Made by a program: the position numbers and the translations under genes
Shown here: one piece after another, positions 18,864 to 28,774 of the stretch
Layout of the letters: every line of letters starts with the position of its first letter
How positions within the stretch are numbered: the first letter of the stretch is position 1
The notes under the pieces: model-generated
Seen by the model: the letters and a program-made list of their open reading frames with translations, nothing else
The model's database searches: none
Told to the model about the DNA's origin: nothing
From: an uncultured delta proteobacterium
GTDB taxonomy: Bacteria; Desulfobacterota; RBG-13-43-22
Direction of reading: 5' to 3'
DNA: 64,000 nt
Assembly (NCBI GenBank): GCA_963843145.1
Contig: CAWJJC010000003.1
Location: 64,001 to 128,000 of the forward strand

Positions 18864-20006
18864 ATGCCATACGATCCGAAAGAACCTTTAAAAGACAGAA
18901 TCACGGACCTGGGACCGAGACATTACGAAGAGTTTCTTCCCCAGGTGATCAAAAACAACTACGGTAAATGGGTTTCCCATGAAATCCTGGAGCCCGGGGT
19001 ACTGGTGCACCTGGCTGAAAACGGCGACAAGGTCTTCACCGTCCGCGTCGGCGGAGCCCGGCTGATGAGCATTTCCCATATCCGGGAGATCTGCGAAATC
19101 GCCGACAAGCACTGCGACGGGCATCTGCGCTTCACCACCCGGAACAACATCGAGTTCATGGTGGATGACCTGGCCAAGGTCGAACCCCTGAAAAAAGAAC
19201 TGCTCGGCCGCAAGCAGCCCGGCGGGGGCTTCAAGTTTCCCATCGGCGGGACCGGCGCCGGAATTACCAACATCATTCACACCCAGGGCTGGATCCACTG
19301 CCACACCCCGGCCACCGACGCCTCCGGCGTCGTCAAGGCGGTCATGGACGAACTGTTCGAGGAATTTACCCACATGCGCATGCCGGCCCAGGTGCGGATC
19401 TCCCTGGCCTGCTGCCTCAACATGTGCGGGGCCGTGCATTGCTCGGACATCGCCATCTTGGGCTATCACCGCAAGCCGCCCATGGTCGATTGGGAAGTGA
19501 TCGACAAGGTTTGCGAGATTCCTTTGGCTATTGCCGCCTGCCCGACCGCGGCCATTAAACCGGGCAAGTTCACCCGGGAAGACGGGACCACGGCCCAGGG
19601 CGTGCAGGTGAATGCCGACCGCTGCATGTTTTGCGGTAACTGCTACACCATGTGCCCGGCCCTGCCTTTGGCCGACGACGCGGGCGACGGCATCGTGATC
19701 ATGGCCGGCGGCAAGGTCTCCAACCGGATCAGCCCGCCCAAGTTCTCCAAGGTGGTGGTGGCTTTCTTGCCCAATACCCCGCCCCGCTGGAAGGAGACCG
19801 TTGACTGCATCAAAAATCTGGTGGAAGTCTACGCCAAGGACGCCCGAAAGTACGAGCGGGTGGGCGATTGGGCCGAGCGGATCGGCTGGGAGCGGTTCTT
19901 CGAAAAGACCGGCCTGCCTTTCACCCATCACCTGATCGATGACTTTCGGGATCCGGCTTATTACACCTGGAGGCAGACCAGTCAGTACCGCTTCACTAAT
20001 TCCTAA
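18864..20006 (+). CDS. dsrB: Dissimilatory sulfite reductase beta subunit
   Basis: [49 protein letters not shown]. Confidence 0.99.
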   Translation: MPYDPKEPLKDRITDLGPRHYEEFLPQVIKNNYGKWVSHEILEPGVLVHLAENGDKVFTVRVGGARLMSISHIREICEIADKHCDGHLRFTTRNNIEFMVDDLAKVEPLKKELLGRKQPGGGFKFPIGGTGAGITNIIHTQGWIHCHTPATDASGVVKAVMDELFEEFTHMRMPAQVRISLACCLNMCGAVHCSDIAILGYHRKPPMVDWEVIDKVCEIPLAIAACPTAAIKPGKFTREDGTTAQGVQVNADRCMFCGNCYTMCPALPLADDAGDGIVIMAGGKVSNRISPPKFSKVVVAFLPNTPPRWKETVDCIKNLVEVYAKDARKYERVGDWAERIGWERFFEKTGLPFTHHLIDDFRDPAYYTWRQTSQYRFTNS

Positions 20007-20129
20007 ACTTAACTCCATACCTAATTTCCCCTCCCTCTTCCTCCCCCCGGGAAAAGGAGGGGGGAGGGGACAGCCAGCGGAGATAGTTTTTCCTTCCCTT
20101 GGGCTGGAAACCAAGAAATGAGGGACATC

Positions 20130-20366
20130 ATGGACGACGCCGAAGCCAAAAAGTACATTGCCGAAGAACTGGAAAAGAAGAAGGGTAAGTCGAAATTCTA
20201 TCTAAAGGATTTTTACGCGATGCTGCCCGACCGGAAGGCCAGGGAGGTGAACAAACTGGTCAATAATATGGTTATGGAAGGGGTCCTGGAGTATTGGTCC
20301 AGCGGGAGCACCACCTTGTACGGGTTGAAAGGTGCCGGAAAGCAGCAGTCCGCCGAAGGGGAGTAA
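20130..20366 (+). CDS. dsrD: DsrD
   Basis: KSKFYLKDF, LEYWSSGSTTLYGLKG; directly after dsrB. Confidence 0.96.
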   Translation: MDDAEAKKYIAEELEKKKGKSKFYLKDFYAMLPDRKAREVNKLVNNMVMEGVLEYWSSGSTTLYGLKGAGKQQSAEGE

Positions 20367-20422
20367 TCGGGTCTTTCCGAAAACCTGAAATCCGTTGATC
20401 GGTTTTTTTTGCAGTTAAGACA

Positions 20423-21829
20423 ATGAATTCGCCCCGATTGGTAATGGCCGCCCTCCGTGGGGGAGCCGGGAAGACCGTGCTGACCATGGGCCTTCTGGCC
20501 GCCTGGCACGATCGGGGGATCAAGGTAGTACCTTTTAAGAAGGGTCCGGATTATATCGACGCCGGGTGGCTGGCCAAGGCGGCCGGCCACCCCTGCTATA
20601 ATCTGGACCCTTTTTTAATGGGGAAAAAGACCCTGGTGGCTTCATTCAAAAAAAGGTTCCTGGAAGGGGAGCTGGCCTTGATTGAAGGCAACCGGGGGGT
20701 TTTCGATGGGATCGACGCCCAGGGCACCTACAGCACGGCCCAGTTGGCCAAGTGGCTCAAGGCCCCGGTGGTCCTGATCCTCGACTGTACCAAGGCCACC
20801 CGGACCGTGGGGGCCATGGTTTTAGGCTGCCTGGCCTTTGATCCCGACCTACCCCTTAAAGGGGTAATTTTAAACCATATCGTCCGCAGCCGGCACGAGG
20901 CGGTGATCCGCAGGACCATTGAACAGATCTGCGACCTTCCCATTCTAGGGGTGATCCCCCGGATGGGCCCCGGCCGTCTGCCTGAAAGGCATCTGGGTCT
21001 GGTGCCTTTTCAAGAACACCCCGAGGTGGAGCAGACCGTACAATTCACCCGGGGAATGGCTGAAAAATACCTGGATTTGACCGGCTTGCAGGCCCTGGCC
21101 GGCCAGGCGCCACCGTTGCTTTCGGAGGCCTCCCCTTGGACTGAAAAGGGTCGGAAGGGTAGGGAAGGCCGTCCCCGGATCGGGGTGATTCAGGATACGG
21201 CTTTTCAGTTCTACTACCCGGAAAATCTGGAGGCTTTAGAAAACGCCGGGGCCGAGTTGGTTTTTCTGAACGCCCTTTCCGGGCAATTTCCGCCGGGCCT
21301 GCAAGCCCTGTACATCGGCGGCGGTTTCCCCGAAACCCAGGCCCCGCAGCTTTCCCAAAATGAACCTTTTCGACGAGACCTGGCCGCGGCCATCGAAGCC
21401 GGTCTCCCGGTTTATGCCGAGTGCGGCGGTTTGATGTACCTGGGGAAAACGCTGGTTTATCGGGGTGACGCCTTTCCCATGGTGGGGGTTTTTCCGTTTA
21501 CCTTTGGTTTGGAAAGAAAGCCCCAGGGGCATGGCTATACTCGGATCAAGGTGGTGGAAACCAATCCCTATTTCCCGGTGGGGACGACCTTGAAGGGCCA
21601 TGAATTCCATTATTCCCGGGTGATCGAGGGCGATTTGAAGGTCTGGAAAATGGCTTTTCAGATGACCAAGGGGGAGGGCTTGGATGGCCGCCGGGATGGG
21701 GTGGTCTATAAGAATACCCTGGCCACCTATACCCATCTCCATGCTCTGGGAAGTCCGGAATGGGCCCGGGGGTTGGTAGCCCGGGCCGGGGAAACCCGGA
21801 GGAAGAAAAGCGGGAGAGCCCGCAATTGA
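20423..21829 (+). CDS. dsrN: Siroheme amidase DsrN (cobyrinate a,c-diamide synthase family)
   Basis: GGAGKT, PFKKGPDYID, LPERHLGL, YAECGGLMYL, GHEFHYS; dsr context. Confidence 0.93.
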   Translation: MNSPRLVMAALRGGAGKTVLTMGLLAAWHDRGIKVVPFKKGPDYIDAGWLAKAAGHPCYNLDPFLMGKKTLVASFKKRFLEGELALIEGNRGVFDGIDAQGTYSTAQLAKWLKAPVVLILDCTKATRTVGAMVLGCLAFDPDLPLKGVILNHIVRSRHEAVIRRTIEQICDLPILGVIPRMGPGRLPERHLGLVPFQEHPEVEQTVQFTRGMAEKYLDLTGLQALAGQAPPLLSEASPWTEKGRKGREGRPRIGVIQDTAFQFYYPENLEALENAGAELVFLNALSGQFPPGLQALYIGGGFPETQAPQLSQNEPFRRDLAAAIEAGLPVYAECGGLMYLGKTLVYRGDAFPMVGVFPFTFGLERKPQGHGYTRIKVVETNPYFPVGTTLKGHEFHYSRVIEGDLKVWKMAFQMTKGEGLDGRRDGVVYKNTLATYTHLHALGSPEWARGLVARAGETRRKKSGRARN

Positions 21830-21943
21830 GTTTATTTTTCCTTGAGAAATTGTGGATTTTCCCCTTGACATTTTATTTAAAATAAGTCATGTATGGGCCA
21901 CAAAATTTATTAACCCATTAACACCATTGAGGAGGATGAAGGC

Positions 21944-22261
21944 ATGGCAAACATTGAATTTAGGGGAACAACCTTTAGTGTGGATGAAGACGGATTCATC
22001 GACGATTTCAATAGCTGGACCCGTGACTGGGTGGATTATGTAAAGGAATCCGAGGGAATTAAGGAACTGACCGAAGAACACTGGAAGATTATCAATATCC
22101 TGCAGGACTATTACAAGAAAAACGGGATCGCCCCCATGGTGCGGATCCTTTCCAAGGTGACCGGTTTCAAACTGAAATACATCTATGAATTGTTTCCGTC
22201 CGGACCGGGTAAAGGGGCCTGTAAGATGGCGGGACTGCCCAAGCCCACCGGTTGCGTGTAA
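21944..22261 (+). CDS. dsrC: Sulfur carrier DsrC
   Basis: VDEDGF, APMVRIL, C-terminal GACKMAGLPKPTGCV with both Cys; upstream TTGACA at 21865. Confidence 0.98.
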   Translation: MANIEFRGTTFSVDEDGFIDDFNSWTRDWVDYVKESEGIKELTEEHWKIINILQDYYKKNGIAPMVRILSKVTGFKLKYIYELFPSGPGKGACKMAGLPKPTGCV

Positions 22262-22286
22262 TTGTTGAGATTAGGATCACGGGGCA

Positions 22287-22345
22287 GGTGACGAGTAGCG
22301 GATTGAAGACATTGTGATTGAATTCCTGACCCGTTACTCGTCACC
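22287..22345. other. 15-bp stem-loop between dsrC and dsrT
   Basis: ggtgacgagtagcgg / ccgttactcgtcacc (one G-U pair), 29-nt loop. Confidence 0.65.
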
Positions 22346-22351
22346 CGGCCG

Positions 22352-22903
22352 ATGGACCTGAATAAATTATTAATAGAAAAAAAGCCCGCTTTCCTTAAAC
22401 GGTGGTTTACTCTCATCGTGGAAACCTACCCCGATGAGTCCACGCGTTTTCTAAAATATCAAAAAGATCGTTTTGCCAATCCGGTCGGTCATGCCTTTTC
22501 GCAGGCCATCGACCGACTATATGAAGAGGTTGTTTCCGGGGTGGATCCCCAACGGGCCGCTCCGGCCTTGGATCAGATCATACGGATTCGAGCCATACAA
22601 AACTTTTCCCCCTCCCAGGCGGTCGCCTTCGTCCTCTTTTTGAAAACCGTCATCCGCGAAGCCCTGGAGGAGGATATTAGACGATTCGGGATCAAGGAAG
22701 AACTGCTGGTCATCGAGACCCGTATTGACCAATTGGCTTTGCTGGCCTTTGATCAGTATGTAGCCTGCCGGGAAAAGCTCTACGATTTAAAGGCCAACGA
22801 ACTTCGCCGGCAGACCTATCGATTGTTGCAGCGGGCCAAAATTATCGGGGAGCCCCCCGCCTCCGACCTGAACTCCGAAGAAAGCAACGAGGGAAAGGCT
22901 TAA
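22352..22903 (+). CDS. dsrT: DsrT (RsbRD N-terminal domain protein)
   Basis: DRFANPVG, IRIRAIQNFSPSQAVAF, AFDQYVACREKLY; precedes dsrM. Confidence 0.92.
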   Translation: MDLNKLLIEKKPAFLKRWFTLIVETYPDESTRFLKYQKDRFANPVGHAFSQAIDRLYEEVVSGVDPQRAAPALDQIIRIRAIQNFSPSQAVAFVLFLKTVIREALEEDIRRFGIKEELLVIETRIDQLALLAFDQYVACREKLYDLKANELRRQTYRLLQRAKIIGEPPASDLNSEESNEGKA

Positions 22904-22924
22904 TAAGAAGGAGAGGAAAGGTCC

Positions 22925-23953
22925 ATGAATTTCATACTCAGCTTAATCATAACACTGGTGATTGTCCACCTTTTGGTCGTAATCCCCCTGGTAGGGATAC
23001 TGGCGGCCAATTTGCAGTTCCTGTTCGGGGTCATCATCCCCTATGCGGCGGTGCTGGTCTTTTTGATCGGGATGATCTGGCGGGTGACCGACTGGGCCAA
23101 ATCCGCGGTTCCTTTTCGGATTCCCACCACGGCCGGACAGCAGAAATCGCTGCCCTGGATCAAGGACAGCAAATTAGACAACCCCACCACTACAGCCGGG
23201 GTGGTGGGCCGGATGCTCCTGGAAATCTTGCTCTTTCGATCCCTGTTCCGGAACACCCGGATGGAATACCGCGAAGGTCCCCGGGTGACCTATGAATGGG
23301 AAAAATGGTTGTGGCTGTTCGCGTTGGTTTTTCATTATGCCTTTCTGGTGGTTTTGCTCAGGCATCTTCGTTTTTTTACCGATCCCGTGCCGGGCTTCGT
23401 TCAACTTCTGGAATCGCTGGACGGGTTTATGCAGATGGGGATCGCCCCCCTGGCCGGATTGGGACTGCCGGTGCTGCAGCTCAGCGGAGTAGTCCTGCCG
23501 GCGGCCGTCACTTTTCTTTTGCTTCGCCGTCTGCTGATCCCTAATGTCCGTTACATTTCGCTGCCGGCTGATTTCTTCCCCCTGTTGCTGATCCTGGGCA
23601 TCGCCACCACCGGCATCCTGATGCGTTATATACTCAAATTGGACATCGTCGGCGTCAAGGAGTTGATGATCGGCCTGGTGACCTTCAGGCCTGTGGTGCC
23701 CCCGGGGATCGGGGTCCTTTTCTACATCCATCTTTTCCTGGTCAGCACCCTTTTTGCCTATTTCCCCTTCAGCAAGCTGGTCCATCTGGGCGGCATCTTT
23801 CTCAGCCCGACCCGGAACCTGGCCAACAATAACCGGATGGTTCGGCACATCAATCCCTGGAGCTATCCGGTGAAGGTCCACACCTATGAAGCCTACGAGG
23901 ATGAATTCCGCGAAAAAATGATTGAGGCTGGAATCCCAGTGGAAAAGGAGTAA
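22925..23953 (+). CDS. dsrM: DsrM membrane b-type cytochrome
   Basis: PFRIPTTAGQQKSL, FRSLFRN, FHY..LRHLR, YFPFSKLVH, SPTRN. Confidence 0.97.
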   Translation: MNFILSLIITLVIVHLLVVIPLVGILAANLQFLFGVIIPYAAVLVFLIGMIWRVTDWAKSAVPFRIPTTAGQQKSLPWIKDSKLDNPTTTAGVVGRMLLEILLFRSLFRNTRMEYREGPRVTYEWEKWLWLFALVFHYAFLVVLLRHLRFFTDPVPGFVQLLESLDGFMQMGIAPLAGLGLPVLQLSGVVLPAAVTFLLLRRLLIPNVRYISLPADFFPLLLILGIATTGILMRYILKLDIVGVKELMIGLVTFRPVVPPGIGVLFYIHLFLVSTLFAYFPFSKLVHLGGIFLSPTRNLANNNRMVRHINPWSYPVKVHTYEAYEDEFREKMIEAGIPVEKE

Positions 23954-23955
23954 TC

Positions 23956-25593
23956 ATGGCCTTTAAGAATATACCCAAGCCCAATGAATTAGCCGATATT
24001 GGTCATAAACCGCCCTTGATGAAGGGCTGGCTGGATACGCCGGTGGATATTCGAACCGGGGTATTTTGCTACGCCGGCCAGCCTAAGAATCTGGAGGTGG
24101 TGGGCCTGCCCAATCCCCGGAAATGGGCTCCTTTAGACGAGGACTGGCAACTGCCCGACAACTGGAAAGAGATCTTTCTGGAGGGGATGCGGGAACGATT
24201 GAGCAAATACCGAACCTTTCATGTCTTTATGGATATCTGCGTGCGCTGCGGTGCCTGCGCGGACAAATGTCATTTTTTCATCGGCTCCGGGGATCCCAAG
24301 AACATGCCGGTCTTGCGGGCCGAACTGCTGCGCTCCATCTACCGCCGGGAATTCACTTTTGCCGGCAAAATGTTGGGGAAGATGGCCGGGGCCCGGGACT
24401 TGACCCCCGAAGTGCTCAAGGAAATCTGGTATTATCTGTTTCAGTGCACCGAATGCCGCCGTTGTTCCCTCTTCTGCCCCTATGGGATCGATACCGCCGA
24501 GATCACGATTATCGGGCGGGAATTGCTCAACCTGCTGGGTTTGAACATCGACTGGATCGCCGGGCCGGTGGCCAACTGTTACCGCAAGGGGAATCATCTG
24601 GGGATCGAGCCCCATGCCTTTAAGGACATGATTGAGTTTTTTCTGGATGAAGTCGAGGGGGTCTGCGGAATCCGACCGGAGCCGACCTTTAACCGCAAAG
24701 GGGCGGAAATTCTCTTCGTCACCCCCTCAGGCGATGTCTTTGCCGATCCCGGCACCTATACCGCCATGGGGTACCTGATGCTCTTCCACCAACTGGGCCT
24801 GGATTACACCTGGAGCACCTACGCTTCCGAAGGAGGGAATTTCGGGTTTTTTACCTCCATGGAAATGGCCAAACGGCTCAATTACAAGATTTATGCCGAG
24901 GCCAAACGGCTGGGGGTCAAGTGGATCCTGGGCGGTGAATGCGGCCATATGTGGCGGGTGGTCAACCAGTACATGGATACCTACAACGGTCCGGCGGATT
25001 TTCTGGAAGAGCCCGTTTCCCCGATCACCGGGACTAAATTCGAAAATGCCAAGTCCACCAAAATGGTCCATATCGTTGAGTTCACGGCTGATCTGATCCG
25101 GAACGGTAAGCTCAAGTTGGATGCCAGCCGCAACGACAATCTGCGGGTCACCTTCCACGACTCCTGCAACACCGCCCGGGGGATGGGAATTTTGGAGGAG
25201 CCCCGCTATGTCCTCAAACACGTCTGTAATAATTTTTTTGAAATGCCGGAAAACACGATTCGAGAGCAAACCTTCTGCTGCGGCAGCGGCTCGGGACTGA
25301 ACGCCGGGGAAGATATGGAGTTGCGCATGCGGGGCGGGTTTCCCCGGGCCAACGCCGTCCGTTTTGTCCACGATCGATTCGGGGTCAATATGCTGGCCAA
25401 TATCTGCGCCATCGATCGGGCGGCCTTGTCTACATCCATGGAATACTGGGTGCCGGAAGTCGGGGTTACCGGGCTGCACGAGATGGTGGCTAATGCGCTG
25501 ATCATGGATGGCGAGGGGGAGCGCACCACCGACCTGCGCGGGGAACCCTTGCCCGGATTCGAAGAGAAGGAGGAGGGCGAAGAAGATGCATGA
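23956..25593 (+). CDS. dsrK: DsrK Fe-S protein (HdrD-like)
   Basis: CVRCGACADKC, CTECRRCSLFCP, GECGH, HDSC, FCCGSG. Confidence 0.97.
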   Translation: MAFKNIPKPNELADIGHKPPLMKGWLDTPVDIRTGVFCYAGQPKNLEVVGLPNPRKWAPLDEDWQLPDNWKEIFLEGMRERLSKYRTFHVFMDICVRCGACADKCHFFIGSGDPKNMPVLRAELLRSIYRREFTFAGKMLGKMAGARDLTPEVLKEIWYYLFQCTECRRCSLFCPYGIDTAEITIIGRELLNLLGLNIDWIAGPVANCYRKGNHLGIEPHAFKDMIEFFLDEVEGVCGIRPEPTFNRKGAEILFVTPSGDVFADPGTYTAMGYLMLFHQLGLDYTWSTYASEGGNFGFFTSMEMAKRLNYKIYAEAKRLGVKWILGGECGHMWRVVNQYMDTYNGPADFLEEPVSPITGTKFENAKSTKMVHIVEFTADLIRNGKLKLDASRNDNLRVTFHDSCNTARGMGILEEPRYVLKHVCNNFFEMPENTIREQTFCCGSGSGLNAGEDMELRMRGGFPRANAVRFVHDRFGVNMLANICAIDRAALSTSMEYWVPEVGVTGLHEMVANALIMDGEGERTTDLRGEPLPGFEEKEEGEEDA

Positions 25594-25981
25594 CAGCGGT
25601 AAGATTATCACGGGGATAGTCATTTTCGTCATTCTGGTGACTTTTCCGATCTGGTACAACCTGGGTCGGGCCACGCCGCCACCGGATCCTAAAATCGACA
25701 CACCGGTGATTCAGGCCTTGGCGGTAAAGAAGTGTATCGAACCTAAAAACCAGATGAAATACACCCATATGGAGATTCTGGATCAATGGCGGCAGACGGT
25801 TGTGCGGACCGGGGAACGGATTTATACGGCCGGAGACGGGAAGCAGTACGATATGAGCCTCCAAAATACCTGCCTGAAATGCCATTCCAACAAGAGTCAG
25901 TTCTGTGATCAGTGCCACAATTACCTGCAAGTCAAACCCTATTGCTGGGACTGCCACCTTGCGCCAAAGGAGAAAAAGTAA
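25586..25981 (+). CDS. dsrJ: DsrJ triheme cytochrome c
   Basis: N-terminal TM segment; CLKCH, CDQCH, CWDCH. Confidence 0.96.
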   Translation: MHDSGKIITGIVIFVILVTFPIWYNLGRATPPPDPKIDTPVIQALAVKKCIEPKNQMKYTHMEILDQWRQTVVRTGERIYTAGDGKQYDMSLQNTCLKCHSNKSQFCDQCHNYLQVKPYCWDCHLAPKEKK

Positions 25982-26757
25982 TGGGCCTCAATCGAAGAGA
26001 TTTCCTGAAAATAGCCGGTATTTCCGGCCTCATGGGGCTGGGAGGAAAAGCGGCGCTGGAGGTCCTCCGGCCGGGGGAGTTGGAGGCGGCGCTGCCTCAG
26101 GCCCCTCCAATCGTAGCCAAGCATTGGGCCATGGTCATCGATACCCGGAAGTTTAAAACGGAGGAAGATTTTCAGCGCTGTATCGATGCCTGCCACCGGT
26201 GGCACAATGTGCCTAAGATCCCCAGTGCCAAGGAAGAAGTCAAGTGGATCTGGACAGACACGTACAATCACGCTTTTCCCGACGATGAACACGAATACCT
26301 GTCCGATTCGGTGGAAAACAAGAAGTTCTTGATTTTTTGTAACCACTGCACCAATCCCCCCTGTGTCCGGGTTTGTCCCACCCAGGCCACGTTTAAACGG
26401 GCCGACGGGATCGTCATGATGGATTTTCACCGCTGCATCGGCTGCCGGTTCTGCATGGCCGGCTGTCCCTACGGTTCCCGGAGTTTCAACTGGGGGGATC
26501 CGCGCCGTTACCTCAAGGAACCCACCAATCCGGACTTTCCGACCCGCTCCAAGGGGGTGGTGGAGAAATGTAATTTCTGTGAGGATCGATTGGCCAAAGG
26601 ACTGCATCCGGCCTGCGTGGAGGCCTCCCAGGGGGCGTTGGTTTTCGGCGATTTGGCCGACCCGAATTCCGAGGTCAGAAAACTGCTGAAAGCCAATTAC
26701 GCGATTCGTCGTAAACCCGGTCTGGGAACGTATCCCAACCTTTTTTATCTGGTATGA
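25981..26757 (+). CDS. dsrO: DsrO periplasmic Fe-S protein
   Basis: Tat motif NRRDFLK; CNHCTNPPCVRVCP, CIGCRFCMAGCP, KCNFC. Confidence 0.96.
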   Translation: MGLNRRDFLKIAGISGLMGLGGKAALEVLRPGELEAALPQAPPIVAKHWAMVIDTRKFKTEEDFQRCIDACHRWHNVPKIPSAKEEVKWIWTDTYNHAFPDDEHEYLSDSVENKKFLIFCNHCTNPPCVRVCPTQATFKRADGIVMMDFHRCIGCRFCMAGCPYGSRSFNWGDPRRYLKEPTNPDFPTRSKGVVEKCNFCEDRLAKGLHPACVEASQGALVFGDLADPNSEVRKLLKANYAIRRKPGLGTYPNLFYLV

Positions 26758-26764
26758 GGTGGTT

Positions 26765-27934
26765 ATGTTCGAGAAAGCGCTTAGAGGAAGCAAGGGATAT
26801 TTTACGTGGTTGGCCTTCTTGGGGGTTTTTATCGCCACCGGGGTGGCCTGCTACCTCTATCAATTTAACGAGGGGTTGCGCATTACCGGTATGAGCCGGG
26901 ACGTGTCCTGGGGGTTCTACATCTCCCAATTTACCTTCCTGGTCGGGGTGGCGGCCTCGGCCGTCATGTTGGTGCTGCCTTATTATCTCCATGACGTCAA
27001 GGTCTTCGGCAAGATCACCATCCTGGGTGAATTCCTGGCCATCGCTTCGGTGACCATGTGTCTGCTCTTTATCTTTGTGGACCTCGGCAATCCCGTCCGG
27101 ATCTTAAACGTGATCCTCTATCCGACGCCCAATTCCATCCTCTTCTGGGATATGATTGTGCTGAACGTCTATCTCATCCTGAATATCCTGATCGGTTGGA
27201 ATATCCTGGCCGCCGAACGCAAAGCCGTGGCCCCGCCCCGCTGGGTCACCCCCCTGATTTACCTTTCCATCCCCTGGGCGATCAGCATTCACACGGTCAC
27301 GGCCTTCCTGTATGCCGGCCTGCCGGGGCGCCATTTTTGGCTTACGGCCATCATGGCAGTCCGCTTTCTGGGCTCGGCCTTTGCCGCCGGCCCGGCCCTG
27401 CTGGTGCTCCTGGCCCTGATCGTCCGCCGGGTCACCGGGTTCGACGCCGGTAATGAGGCCCTGAAAAAACTGATCAACATCATCACCTACGCCATGCTGG
27501 CCAGCATCTTCTTCGTCATCCTGGAAATTTTCACCGCCTTTTATAGCCAGATCCCGGGCCATATGTATGCCTTCCAGTATCTTTTTTGGGGATTGGAAGG
27601 CCATAACAAATACACTACCTGGACCTGGGTCTCCGTGTGTATGGGGCTAACCTCGGCCCTGTTGCTGGTCATCCCCTGGACCCGGAACAAGATGGGCATA
27701 GCTGCCCTGGCCTGCGTCGGTGTGTTTGGCTCCCTCTGGATTGAAAAAGGGCTCACCCTGGTGGTCACCGGTTTTATCCCCAACCCGCTGGAACACGTGG
27801 TCGAATACGCCCCCACCGCCCCGGAGATTTTTATCGCCCTGGGGGTTTGGGCCACCGGTTTCCTGGTGCTGACCCTCCTGTATAAGATCGCCATCACCGT
27901 GAAGCTGGATCCCAACAGCGCTTCCGTACATTAA
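26765..27934 (+). CDS. dsrP: DsrP NrfD-family membrane protein
   Basis: TGMSRDVSWG, FTFLVGVAASAVM, SIPWAISIHTVTAF. Confidence 0.96.
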   Translation: MFEKALRGSKGYFTWLAFLGVFIATGVACYLYQFNEGLRITGMSRDVSWGFYISQFTFLVGVAASAVMLVLPYYLHDVKVFGKITILGEFLAIASVTMCLLFIFVDLGNPVRILNVILYPTPNSILFWDMIVLNVYLILNILIGWNILAAERKAVAPPRWVTPLIYLSIPWAISIHTVTAFLYAGLPGRHFWLTAIMAVRFLGSAFAAGPALLVLLALIVRRVTGFDAGNEALKKLINIITYAMLASIFFVILEIFTAFYSQIPGHMYAFQYLFWGLEGHNKYTTWTWVSVCMGLTSALLLVIPWTRNKMGIAALACVGVFGSLWIEKGLTLVVTGFIPNPLEHVVEYAPTAPEIFIALGVWATGFLVLTLLYKIAITVKLDPNSASVH

Positions 27935-27950
27935 GTAATCCGACTAGAAC

Positions 27951-27988
27951 AAAAAAGGCCCATCCGGTATCCGGATGGGCCTTTTTTT
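27951..27988. terminator. Bidirectional intrinsic terminator
   Basis: aaaaaaggcccatccgg-tat-ccggatgggccttttttt between convergent genes. Confidence 0.9.
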
Positions 27989-28038
27989 CGTCTTCGACGG
28001 GATGAACCCAACCATTGCGAAAGACAGGGAGGCCGGTA

Positions 28039-28638
28039 TTATTCCTTCTTTATCCCATGAAACAGCTCGCTTCCCACTCCGGGATAGACTTTTCTTTTTT
28101 CCGGCAGGGTGGGATGAACTGCTGGAGGCCAGACGTCTCGGTTAGGCTCGGCTCCCTCCCGGGTGATGGCGGAGGGGGCCGTATCTTTCATCACCGGCTG
28201 GAGGCGCACCTCGATCCCTTCCACCGCATGACTAAATTCAATGGGGATTCCATTGGGGTCATAGGTGTAAATGGAATGGATGAATCCGTGGTCGATGACC
28301 TCCGAGACTTCGAAACCGCCGACCTCTAATTTATCCTTCAATTCCCAGAGTTGCGCTTCCTGTTCAAGGCCGAAGGAAACGTGATCGAAGATAAAGGGAC
28401 CTTTGACCGGGTAGCCGTGCTCCTTTTCCTCCACCGGCCCCACCCCCGGCCATTCAAAAAAAGCGATCAGGTCCTGGGGGGAGATTTCGAAGAAATAGTG
28501 GCGGTATCCGGGATGACCCAAACCGGCCACCAGCCGCATCCCCAGCAGATCACGCCAAAAGCGGATGGTTCTGTCCATGTCGCCGGTGACCAGGGCCAAA
28601 TGATTGATACCGGTATAGCGGATCAAGTTTTCCTCCAA
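28039..28638 (-). CDS. VOC/glyoxalase family protein
   Basis: GINHLALVTGDM, FDHVSF, SIYTYDPNGIPIEF. Confidence 0.9.
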   Translation of the reverse strand: MEENLIRYTGINHLALVTGDMDRTIRFWRDLLGMRLVAGLGHPGYRHYFFEISPQDLIAFFEWPGVGPVEEKEHGYPVKGPFIFDHVSFGLEQEAQLWELKDKLEVGGFEVSEVIDHGFIHSIYTYDPNGIPIEFSHAVEGIEVRLQPVMKDTAPSAITREGAEPNRDVWPPAVHPTLPEKRKVYPGVGSELFHGIKKE

Positions 28639-28712
28639 AGATTAAGGTTATCTTTTTGTATTTTATATCCGAAATCAAAATCGTCAACCCCCTTTCGATC
28701 TCCGTTAGAAAC

Positions 28713-28741
28713 TTGACAGAAAAGATAATTTTTATTAGATT
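28713..28741 (+). promoter_or_regulatory. Putative sigma70 promoter
   Basis: TTGACA-N17-TAGATT upstream of the binding-protein gene. Confidence 0.6.
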
Positions 28742-28774
28742 ACCGGATTACCTAATCTAGAGAAGGAGGAGCGC

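Noticed and set aside
18149-20114. Long antisense ORFs over dsrAB, and similar ones over dsrK, dsrO and 47704-49455
   Set aside because: Shadow frames of GC-rich coding genes with no recognisable motifs.
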